DNA of 55,522 nucleotides, the filler included, from Platydemus manokwari (taxonomy: Eukaryota): the NCBI GenBank assembly GCA_037951405.1. It is 5 parts of 5 records of this genome, joined end to end, with 100 filler letters (N's around TTAATTAATTAA, not from the genome) between each part and the next. Parts side by side here need not be neighbours in the genome. Positions count along the whole stretch, not along the records: positions 1 to 13,647 come from JBBMOY011656959.1; positions 13,748 to 22,887 come from JBBMOY011293762.1; positions 22,988 to 36,163 come from JBBMOY011810279.1; 2 more parts are not named here. One strand, written 5' to 3'. This document shows, in pieces, positions 12,651 through 23,982 of the stretch. Numbering within the stretch: the first letter of the stretch is position 1; every line of letters begins with the position of its first letter. The position numbers were made by a program, and so were the translations under genes. The notes under the pieces are model-generated. The model saw only the letters and a program-made list of their open reading frames with translations, had not been told where the DNA came from and searched no databases.

Positions 12651-13647
12651 GCATCAGATAGCTTCACCAAATTTGGCTAGTTAAATGTTCCAAGAGAGAA
12701 AAACAATTATTTCTCCAAATGATCAAACTGTGTCTGAAATAAATCCAATGTGATGTAATTGAATTTCGTTTTATTTTCATGGATGTTTTTTGACGTTTTA
12801 TTTGGACAAGTCTAATAAATCAATCAGCTTATAAGGCTGAATTGTCTTTGTTCCAGTTCCTGTGTTTGTCTTAGTTCCACTTTCAGAATTCTTTTTTCTC
12901 TGCGTGGAAAGTCTTTGTCAAAGAATTTGAACCGATCTCAATTTGACATACGTAAAATTATGTTAATATCTTTGCCAATTTATTATAATTATTATATTAT
13001 TATTCCTTGGCATCGATCTCTAAATCATTTTTCCATTCAATGTTTTCGTCTATAAAATTGCTATTTTTCTGGCTAATAAAAATTTGCACATCTGACAACA
13101 TTTTCATCTTAAATTTACATGAATATATATGTACGTGTGTGTATAATAAGAATCAAGAATACTGCTCAAGGAGATAAAGATAAAATATTGTCATCTTTCG
13201 ACTTTCCGTTATAGAGCTAGAAGACGACCTTGGTTTTATCTTCACTGGACATTCGGCTATTTTTTATCCAGCTTAATTTTCCTTATTAAGTTATTGTAGT
13301 CCAAATTTCACAAAAACCAACAACAAACCAACAGCACAAATTCAAAAAATCATTTATTATTTATATCGAATCTCTGTCTTTTTCAATGGGTTATTTGAAA
13401 TGAAATCTATCAGGAAATTTTATTGATTTTTTCAAAACATGTTAACAATAGTAATTTTGATAGATAATTAAAATTAAAATTTTATTATAATGAGCTTTAT
13501 CAAAAATTAATGTTGGATTGATGACAGGAAATCAATACAGAATTTCGATTTAGAAATGACTCATCGAATAAATATTAGGCTGAGTCAAAAGTTATTCATG
13601 TTTTTTAGTTGTTTAAAGTTTTTGTTTTACCAAATCATTTAAACATA

Positions 13648-13747
13648 NNNNNNNNNNNNNNNNNNNNNNNNNNNNNNNNNNNNNNNNNNNNTTAATTAAT
13701 TAANNNNNNNNNNNNNNNNNNNNNNNNNNNNNNNNNNNNNNNNNNNN
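13648..13747. other. Artificial contig linker (44 N + TTAATTAATTAA + 44 N)
   Basis: Identical 100-nt cassette with stops in all six frames, seen four times in the window. Confidence 0.97.
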
Positions 13748-13792
13748 ATAAGATCTTCAATTTAATATTTAAAAATGAAAAGCCAATTTAAA

Positions 13793-13822
13793 AAAGGCCA
13801 TTATTTTTGCACCAACCTAATA
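13793..13822 (+). mobile_element. Mariner right-end TIR plus TA (cecropia/Hsmar1-like)
   Basis: Revcomp TTAGGTTGGTGCAAAAATAATGGCCTTT followed by TA on the plus strand; 24/28 identical to the Hsmar1 TIR as I recall it. It lies about 45 nt into a contig. Confidence 0.75.
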
Positions 13823-13859
13823 ATATATTTTATTTTCGAAATGTTGGATAAAGTTGAGA

Positions 13860-14630
13860 AAAGGGGTTTTAAAATATAATTTTAAATTTGTTAAGTGTAT
13901 TGCAAAAATCTATACTTAATTAAATTCTTTTAAAACATTTTGAATTTTTTATTTAAGTACTTAAGATGAATTTTAGTTGTTTGAAATCAAATATTAAATA
14001 CACTAGAGCTTCAAAACCTGGTAAATTATTTGAAAAAATTAAAACAGTAAGTCGAATTGCAATTTATTAAAAATTAGCGAGGCCCCCTTACTTAACACTA
14101 GAAGCAAATTAAGAGATATTCTCAATTTTTACAAATATTTTATAAAAATAACCAATGATATTATTAAACATGTCTGTAATCAACTAACTCGATTTATAAT
14201 TATAAAAATATAAATTTAAAAACTCAAATAATCATATAGAAGTGTTGTTATTAGAATGGGAACTTGGTTTTAAAACTATGTTTTGTCACTATAAGACATC
14301 TTTAAATATGAGATATTAACTGAATTTTATCTGGTTAAAAGAGAGAAATATTATTCAAAAGTATCGATAATTTACTTGAAGTTGTTATGAACAAATTCTT
14401 GGGTGAACTGAAAAACAAAATTTCCCAATACGGACAAATGGGACATGTTGTGAATTTCAGACTAAAGTGAAGAAAAGAAGTCCTAAAATGAAATTTTAAA
14501 TTTGTTGAGTGTATTGCAAAATTCTATATAGTTTATTTAATTATATTATATTAATTTTTTATTTAAGTATTTAAGTAGAATTTTAGTTGTTTGAAATCAA
14601 ATATTAAATACAATAGAGCTTAAAAATCTC
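13860..14630 (+). repeat. AT-rich dispersed repeat family R1, copy 1 (about 615-nt unit, partly tandem)
   Basis: The block aattttaaatttgtt(a/g)agtgtattgcaaaa recurs at ~13878 and ~14491. The same sequences recur at 16842-17975 and 49620-50190. Confidence 0.85.
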
Positions 14631-16220
14631 TTAAAAGAAATATAAATTGTGATAAATAAGTGTAATCAATACTTTTTGTGAAGTCTTTGATACTGTTATG
14701 TTAATAACTGTTAATATTATTTTTTAATATGAACATTGAAAAAAGTTGGAACGCTAGCGTTCATATTGAGCGGAGTTATTCAGAATATAGAGAAAACCGA
14801 AAACCGGAAAACTTGAGGATTTTAAAATGAATGAAAATTTAAAATCGGAATTTATATTATATTCTCCCATGTGCTGCAACTTCTCAATTCGTTTTCAATA
14901 TATGCTTAAAGTAGTACCAGCTGGCAGAAATGAAAGATAGAGCTATAGATATAAAGAATGAATGGAATTGGCAAGCGTTGTGGCCATTTTGATGATCAAC
15001 AATTATAGGGTGTTTTATCCCCCTTCTGATGACACTTTTCAGATTTTACAATCATTTCCTTATATATGTATATTCGTTTGTTTAAATCAACCAATGATAG
15101 TTCAAATGTTATTTAGTTGAAAAAACGCTTTTTTTCTCCAGTCAAACGAGAACAACTTATCAGAAATTGACAAATTCTCAAAAAAAACACTAACAAACGA
15201 TATGTGAAGGATAAATCATTTTATCCATTTTCATTTGGATACGCCCATACTTATTATAGATAGAAAATCGAAGATCAATAAACGAAAAATCTCATCTCCA
15301 AACACAATTCTCAGAATTCTCAAAAATGCCGCCGAAAAAGCTTTTGAATCAAATTGAAAAGAAAAAGAAAAGAGAGAAAAAAAAGAAGTGGATTCGTTAA
15401 GCTTTTCGTGCTATCGATGAATTTTACATGAAGAGAAAAACTCGTTGAGATTTGAACAGCAGAAGAACAAAAAAAATCAAATTGTACAGCTTTGTCAAAT
15501 GAAAACATATTGAATTCGGGTTTTTTTTTTCAAATTTAATTAGACCAATAGAAATATCTAAATTAAGACGATCAATATTTCATTAAGCTTATCGATGAAA
15601 CAAATCTGCATCCACGGAGATAGTTTTATTTTAAATAGAGATCGCTTTGAGATCAATTAATAATTATTTTTATAGAATTATTATTGATATTTAATGTTTT
15701 AAAAAAATCGATATCCATATATATTCAATAAAATATAAATAATTATAATATTAAAACAAAGTTTTATTAATCCGAAATTAAAAATAAACACATTAATTTT
15801 TTATTATTTTCTTAACCAGTTCTCATAGCCATAGCAAATTCCAATGACAATATTATCTATCTATTATTATTACATAATAAACGATTGTGTCGGTTTTGTA
15901 TGGCTTAATTGTTGGTCATTTTATACTGAAAAAAAATACTCTCCATTATCGACTTGCATACCAAAAAAGTAACACTGATCAACGAGAACATTATATAAAT
16001 ATTTCTTATTGCATTTGGCTATGAACACTCACAACAACAACAAAAAATAAAAATAAATGACTGAATTATGCATTTCGCTGGCGATCGATTGTTTCGTTTG
16101 GAAAAAATATTTCAAATTAATCCGCATTGATTTTTAAAATTGTTTGTCAATTCAAAATCAATAATGTATTTTCACATTCCGAATTCACATTTCACAAACC
16201 ACCGTGTCCCAATGGTTACT

Positions 16221-16234
16221 GTTGCCATGGTGAT
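16221..16234. promoter_or_regulatory. Possible RFX X-box
   Basis: GTTGCCATGGTGAT resembles the X-box consensus GTTNCCATGGNAAC, with a CCAAT at 16209. No target gene identified. Confidence 0.25.
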
Positions 16235-16841
16235 CTGAGTGTGGTTATTGATAATTGTGTTCTCATATTTTAATTCATCAACCAAATTGATTGTTTATTG
16301 AAGATAATATTTATTATCGATTCGATTCAATATTTTATGGTTTCGCTACTTAGCTGTTTCGAGTTTTCACAAAGCAATTTTTTTTTCAATCAACAAGTAC
16401 AACTGATGTGGTTATTTTTTTTATTGATTACTTTTAAGAATAAATTTATCAATTTTTCGTTGCAAATTATTGAAATCAATAATATATTTTCAAAGATTTG
16501 ATACTCAATAAATGTTATTCTCGGTTGTGTCAAGTACTGCACAACGAAAATCAATATGCCATATTTATTATTTGATTTGGGTTTCCACATCAAAATTTAG
16601 TTTAATTTTTGATATTTTGTTGTTGTCTCGATCAGATCTGTTTCGACTTTTAGCTGGGAATTAAATTTATCGATGTATTTCGATTTAAAGATCCCAAAGA
16701 TAATTATATGTAGGCACATTTCAATTGGTGCGAAAACAAGTACGAGATTTGGCATTTTTTTGCGATTGGAAAAATATTTTATTTGTACTTTCTATCATCG
16801 TCAATTTAACTGAAACTGACAACCAAAAGGAAGCTTTGCAA

Positions 16842-17975
16842 AATTTTATCTGGTTAAAAGAGAGAAATATTATTCAAAAATATCGATAATTTACGTGAGG
16901 TTGAAATGAACAAATTCTTGGGTGAACTGAAAAACAAAATTTTCCAATAAGGACAAATGGGACATATTGTGAATTTTAGGCTAAAGTGAAGAAAAGGGGT
17001 CCTGAAATGAAATTTTAAATTTGTTGAGTGTATTGCAAAAGTTTATATAGTTTTTTTAATTATATTCTTTAAAAACCTTTTGGATTTTTTATTTAAGTAC
17101 TTAAGAAGAATTTTAGTTGTTTAAAATCAAATATTAAATAAACTACAACTTAAAAATCACCTAAAATCTGATTATTTGAAAAAATGAAAAAAGTAAATCG
17201 AATTGTAATTTATTGAAAATTAGCGAGGGACCCTTTTTTAACATTAGAAACAAATTGAGAGATATTCTCTATTTTCGCAATTATTTTATAAAAATAACCA
17301 ATGATATTATTAAACATGTCTGTAATTAACTAACTCGATTTATAATTAAAAATTTAAATTTAAAAACTCAAAAAACCATATAGAAATGTTTCGATTAGAA
17401 TAGGAACTTGGTTTTATAACCTTGTTCTGTCAATATTCGACATCCTAAAACTTTGGCCTATTTGAAAAACGGATCATGTTAGGTCAAAATACAATTTATT
17501 GAAAATTAGTGTGGACCTCTTTTTTAATATTAGAAGGAACATGAGACATAGTTTAAATTTTTACAATTACTTGTTAAAAACAAGTAATACTAGACTATGA
17601 AACATGTCATGAGTTTGATAGGTTCATTTTTAATTAAATAAATATAAATTTACAAAATCAAAAAATCAAGTAGTAGTATTGTGATTTGAATAGGAGCTTG
17701 GATTTAAAATTAAGTTTTGTCCTTATTAGACATCCTAAAAATGAGATATTAACTGAATTAATAATAAAAATTAAAAAAAAATTGTATAAAATTTACTGAT
17801 AATCTCATTTCTTCCTATTTGTTTTCCAAAGTCGACGAGTGGCAAACCGGGAGAAAAAAATTACTATAAAATTAACCTCTGGGAAAATTGTCTATAAAAT
17901 TAAATTGTAAAATTATCTCACGCGCGAAAATTCATCATAATGAAAGTAGGTCAAAGGACATCTTTTATTGACCTA
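16842..17975 (+). repeat. Repeat family R1, copy 2, with internal sub-duplication and terminal hairpin
   Basis: Near-identical to 14325-14630 and 13860-14325 (for example aattttatctggttaaaagagagaaatattattcaaaa). Ends ctcacgcgcgaaaattc...taggtcaa-N13-ttgaccta. Confidence 0.85.
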
Positions 17976-18524
17976 ATTCCTTAACAATGATTTATTTTAA
18001 ATTTTTTAATTGCTATTACTTTCAAAGTTAAAGTTTATATTTTATAAATAACACAATTATAATAACATAATTTAAATCTTAAATAACAATTTCTAGCCGT
18101 TTTATATCTAATCATAAACGAACATAATTCAAAATAAATTCCTTCTTATATTTCTCTTGATTATAACGCCATTAAAGCTATCTTATCTTTGATATTTATT
18201 TTATACTGACATCACGATATCTTTCGACTAGAAATTGAAGTAAGAAAACGAAATATGATTTTCATTTATACTAATTGATGATCTTAATGCAAAAATGAAT
18301 TTCTAATATTTCAATTTCCATGTTAAGAAAATTTTAACAACAAACACTAACACATATTCATTACTTAACATTACTTTGATAAAAAACAATAATAAAGTGA
18401 CAACAATAAAAAGTTTAACAATAATCCGTTCATTACTCGATTCATAAAATTTCATAAAAATTGCTGATTAATACTGATTAGAATAAACAAATTCAAAATA
18501 AAATTCAAAATTTGATAAGATAAA

Positions 18525-18763
18525 AAGATGGAGCCTGGTCAACTTTAATGTTTGCGGTAATTATCGAAATCTATAATTCACATTGTTGACTTCTCGATAA
18601 ACTCAAGTAGTTTATTAAACGTTTTAAAATCAACCATAGAGCATAAATGAAAATCATCAAGATTTTCAAATTGGTTATATATTTCTGTTAAAAACCATAT
18701 CAGATTGGAATTTCGTTTTAGAAAAAAGTATTTATCTGACATTAGTGAAAAATGGTTATTCAT
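18525..18763 (-). mobile_element. Probable PIF/Harbinger transposase N-terminal remnant
   Basis: The segment DDFHLCSMVDFKTFNKLLEFIEK resembles the HARBI1-type F...FRM...TF..LL..I motif. It is followed by a frameshifted NYRF..LPQTLKLT segment. Confidence 0.35.
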
Positions 18764-18944
18764 AAAAATAAACGATAATATTATCGAGATAATAAGTTTC
18801 GGTCTTTATGTCATTTGCAATTGAAACACACTAATAATAACATTGATGTCTATAATATCAACAATAATAAGAATTGATGAGTAAAGGTAAATATCACACA
18901 AAAACACGCTATTAGCACCATGAAATCTTTCATTAGACGTTGCA

Positions 18945-19140
18945 CATGTATACAGCCATAGTAGCCAGTCGATCAGAAATGAAGATTCCAATTCGAAAAA
19001 GAGCATAAATAAATAACAACACATACATAGGGATTAACCAATCCCGATAACACAAAATTGATAGGTCAAATTAGAATTGAAAAAATACTAACAAAAATAC
19101 ACACAACCTTCATATATAAATAACAATGCAAAGGTAATCC
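18945..19140 (+). repeat. Diverged repeat family R2, copy 1 (possibly Gypsy integrase C-terminal debris)
   Basis: Shares the core aca(c/t)acatagggatt and its flanks with 20640-20970 and 22460-22780. Confidence 0.6.
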
Positions 19141-20639
19141 AATTCCAGTTAAAGCTGATAAAAAGAAATGCGTTTAATTTTATTTTTATATTTATGTCAA
19201 TGTTTACGTTTATATTTACTTTTAAACTTGTTTATTTAAGCTTACTACAGAATAGTATTACGTTTTCCTAAAAATGCAACTTGAAACCTTTATTTATTTC
19301 ATACATTCAACTGAATGTTGAGAATAATACCACTCAGACTCAACGGCCATTGGTTATATTCTCTCTGACTTCTTATAAATTTACTCGTCGAGAAAACGAA
19401 AATCGTCTGAAGAATGAGATAAGTTTTTGAAAAATTATTATGATTTCTTAAGCACAGTCGGGTAAAACCATGAACAAGTAAGAATCTCAACACCTGTACA
19501 AATCTGTAGAATACTCACTAGAATCTTTTCCTATTTGTTGTACAATACATTTACTAGACTGTCATCATATTTACTTTAATTGATCTTTAAAATTACACCG
19601 GTGGGGCTACTATTACTTGCTGTACAACGTGCCTACTGGACAAAACATTTATTTTTAAAATTTATTATTCAGTAGTTTCCTCTTAAAGCTGTAATAATCA
19701 CAGTTTTACTGAAGTTTCATAATTATTTTCTGTACAGGCCTACTGTACTTGTATAATTACTTAGATAAACATATCAAATGACGTTTATCAATTTCAAATT
19801 TTATTTTTAAAATTTTTTAATCTCATTAATTGTATCAACAATTCTTAGTTCATTGCTAAATATTTAATCCTATTATTCACTCATTGATAATGTCAGTATT
19901 ATAAAATTTCTGTGCCTGGATATCTCAATAAGAATAAAAAAAAGTTAATGTTAAAACTCGTTTTTAGTAGTATTGCATTTTTTTTAATGAAGAAAATTCC
20001 TATTCATGCTATTTTTCATCTGAAGAAAAAATATTTAAAAAAATTTTTCCTTGAAAGTTTATGTTTTGAAATACTCATTAAAATTTCAATTTAATATCCA
20101 GAAATATGAAGAATACATAGAAAATATAAAAAATAAATAGAGAATTCGATAGAAGAAAAGTGAAGAAAATCAAAGTTTTTGTTTGAGAATTTAAAATAAA
20201 TTAAAATGATTATTTTAAATATATAATATATTGATAATATAAATATAAATGATAGATTTAGTCGGTTTGAATCTTCTGATTAAATATATTTTAGTGGGTT
20301 GAACTTCTTATGTTTGTTATGAAATAAAGGCAGCTGACTTTAGTAAAAAGATTTCAATAAATTTTTTCTACACCGCTGTTAACATTAAATAAAAAATGAT
20401 TTTATTTTATTTAACTAAATCCGAAATAAAATTTTATGAAACATTCATTCCAAAACTCTATTGATTGAATCTATTTTATATATAAACTATAATTAAAAAT
20501 GTGATGGAATTAATAGTTTGTCCAATACTGAATATGATTTCGAATTTATAATTATATTTTGATTTGATTCTTAAGATAATTTTAAATTTGGAATTTTATT
20601 CCACTATTATAAAACAATATGAAGTAAACCTGAATTAGA

Positions 20640-20970
20640 GACAAAATCTTGCAAAAGAAAAAATATTTTGCACCTTGGAATTCTTTTTTATCACTTTAAG
20701 TATTTCCATGCCTACACAACTATATTGGCATGGCAATCAACCAAATCACAGCTAACATATATGGAAAATGATAATTTTAAAATGGATATAGCAACACAGT
20801 AACACACACATAGGGATTGAGAAACCTGCACGTACAGAAACCAACTAGTCCAATAGAAACTTGAAAGATTAAGGGTGCAATATAAACGTGTCACAAAAAG
20901 TACATGCAAATTTCAAGTATAAATGTCGATGTAAAGATGGCCAACTGTCAGTTGGAAGTCAAGTTCAGAG
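20640..20970 (+). repeat. Repeat family R2, copy 2
   Basis: Aligns to 22460-22780 (aaaagaaaaa..ttttgca.cttggaa...cactttaa...catgcctaca...cacacatagggattga). Broken frames give HAY.. and QLSVGSQV, weakly like the Gypsy post-integrase region. Confidence 0.65.
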
Positions 20971-21419
20971 TGTATTTTTGAGATGCTGTGTCTCGTTTTA
21001 GAGTATCGTTATGATTAGTACGTTTAGCGAAAATAAAGTTTGCTATCTTTGATTCTTCAATAATTATTTGGTGATCCCGAATAATGACCAACAATAATTC
21101 TAACGAAATTAATTAATTCTTTGTTTATTTCGCTCAATCACTTGTGGTCAAGTTCTGTAATAATAAATTTTGATAATTTTTTAAAATAAAATATAATTTT
21201 TATTAAAAAATTGTTTGATCTTCAAACTAACATCAAGTTGTTGTCAAATTAAAGAAAAATTTTGATTTAAAACCATTGGAAAAATTTAATCCATTGTTTA
21301 ATTGTTATTCTTCAAAATATTGATTAACCCGATAAATTTTTAATTGTTTTTTTTTATAAAAGAAACAGTGACTAACAAAGAAAAGATAAAAGAAATGTTT
21401 TGAATATGGTTACTAGTGA

Positions 21420-22010
21420 AATAAATCTCAATTCCAAACCACCCAGCATTAGTCGCCTAAACTAAAATTCTTAAATTAGAAATTTCCTGAACAATAACTG
21501 ATATACTATCCTCGCTTTTAATCCAAAGTACAACATGGATTCAAATAGTCGATATTAATCTTAAAATATTCTGGATTTAATATGTCATTAAATTCTCAAG
21601 ATCAGTCCCAACTTAAGTTAACGAGTTAATCTAATTATTGAAGTATTTTCAGCAAATCAGTAGTTCTATTTTTACTTATAATTTTAAAAATTGTTAAATT
21701 TATTTTATATTATGTTCTATATTTTCTTTCTAATTTATTATCATATAATACTAAATTTGGTTATCAACCCTTACATTTCACAAATAAGGTGCTTCCATTG
21801 TTATTTTGTTAAGGTTTCGAGTCAAAATTTCCTTCCATATAGTTATATTTGGATAATGACCAATGCTACAGTGTAATGTGAATAATTGTTATATTGAAGG
21901 CACATTTATAATTAACCATATTTGGTTACGTTTCCGTCCACTCTAGATTGTCATTCTCGGTCAGTTGTAAGCTCTATGTGGGCATATAGAGAAATGAATC
22001 ATATAACCTA
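21420..22010 (-). mobile_element. Decayed Ty3/Gypsy pol remnant (RNase H region)
   Basis: Minus strand 21842-21813 reads LYGRKF*LET, matching the YLYGRKFTLETDH motif. Downstream PEYFKI and GWFGI (WWPGI-like) fragments occur in the expected order. Confidence 0.45.
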
Positions 22011-22459
22011 ACAGTTTTCTTTGTGGTCTTGGGAATAAAAACTAATAAATCACAGAATAATTATTGTAACACTTACCCGTGATATATGATATAATATCTA
22101 TTCAGTCCAAGTATCCTATCGAAGAAGATATAAGTCGAAATATCGGCATATCAACCTTATTGCTTTATCTACATTGTTATGCTTTTGATGGGTTAACATT
22201 ATCATTTCTTTAGATAAGGTATCTAAATGAGGTCAAGATTATTTTAAAAATTGTGAAATTTAATAAGTTATTCCTGTTTATAATCTATTAGTAATTTTCA
22301 TAATTAATACTATTATTATCACCTGATTCCAATTGGTGCAGTCTTGTTTTAGATATTATAGATAATTAAAACAAATAAAAATATTCTAATAAAATTTGAT
22401 TGCAAGACAAATACGAATGCTAGATAATAGAAATAGTTATTATACTTTATATGTTGAGT

Positions 22460-22780
22460 GACATGAAATTCTGTAAAAGAAAAATGATTTTTGCATCTTG
22501 GAACACTTGTTTGAACACTTTAAACATTTGCATGCCTACAAAGCCATACAGGCATTGCAATCATCCAACTGCAGCGGAGTTAGATGACAAACGACAATTG
22601 TATAAAAGGGGCATAGCCACATAACAACGCACACATAGGGATTGACCAATTCCACTCATGTAAAAACTTAAAAACCCAATAAAAACATAGAACAGCAAAG
22701 ATCGAATTAAAATGTGATAAAACAGGACACAAAAATTACACACAATTCTCGAATATAAATATCGTTCTTGGAAGCCAGGT
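22460..22780 (+). repeat. Repeat family R2, copy 3
   Basis: See copy 2; also ends in cttggaagccaggt (VLGSQV). Confidence 0.65.
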
Positions 22781-22887
22781 TTTTATCTATATTTTGAGAA
22801 GTTTGTCGTACTTAGCGATAAGTAGTCGAAATAAAGTCTTAGCCTTCGAGACTTTGGAGTAGGCGATTATTTAATTGTTCACGAGTA

Positions 22888-22987
22888 NNNNNNNNNNNNN
22901 NNNNNNNNNNNNNNNNNNNNNNNNNNNNNNNTTAATTAATTAANNNNNNNNNNNNNNNNNNNNNNNNNNNNNNNNNNNNNNNNNNNN
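22888..22987. other. Artificial contig linker
   Basis: 44 N + TTAATTAATTAA + 44 N. Confidence 0.97.
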
Positions 22988-23982
22988 AATTGTACAAGAT
23001 TTTCTTTAATAAACACTCAATTGTTCTAAAAAAATTCCGGTTTTTAAGTTATAGACCCAATATTATATAAAATCTGATGATGTCTTGGCGTTTTTCCTTT
23101 CTATTTTGAAATCGATGTGCGAAAATCTTAGGAGAAAATATTGCGAGTTAAATATAAAAATTAATAATTAAATTATTACTTTATATTTAATTAATGATTG
23201 ATGAAATCTGATAAATCACTTTGAGGTTTAATTGGGTATACATTTAGGATTACTGATAATAGCTTCAAAATAATATAAAGAAATCTACCAGGCTTTGTCG
23301 GGTTCTGGGTTGTGTTGGAACTCATTTACGTTAATGTTATGACTCGTAGATCATTAGGACATACGCTTGATTAATATGATTTTTATTACATATTAATATC
23401 TGCAGTCCTAGGTTTTTGGATGTTAAAATGTAAAATTATGCTATCATTATTTACACTAAAGCTCTTTTTAGAAATAAATATATGCATAGTGTATAAAGAT
23501 TCACCTTGGGCTCGTATTATACATTACTAATTAGAGTTTTATTTTATAATGTTCAATGCATTCTGCAGTAGTGATTTAATGATTTTATAAATCATAACGT
23601 TAATATATATAATTGACCAAACATTAATTATGAAATGTTTACCATGGATTTTAGTAGAAATACTTATGATTTAAGTTAAATGAAAATTTAAAATTAAATT
23701 GAATTAATTGAAAAATCAGTGTTATCCATATATAATTGTTTCTGTCAATAATTAAATTGTAATAATTTCGAAAAATAATTAAAGACTATGTTTAGGATAA
23801 ATTTAATGTTAAGATAATTATAGTACATATTTGATGATGAATTGATAACCGGCAGATTAAAAAGTAATTGGTATTTTAATTTATAATGAATAAGAAGTTT
23901 TTAATAATTTTTATCAATTAATAAAAATAAAATAATGTTTTAATAAACATAAAATTCTGCTGTAATTTTAAGTTTAATTTTT

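Noticed and set aside
14985-15035. TGATGA...CTGA resembling the 3' end of U3 or a C/D snoRNA
   Set aside because: Boxes are only about 35 nt apart, with no U3 box A/B or recognisable guide.
15315-16720. MPPKK... basic ORF start and a minus-strand segment vaguely like hAT transposase
   Set aside because: Multiple stops and only weak resemblance; not supportable without a search.
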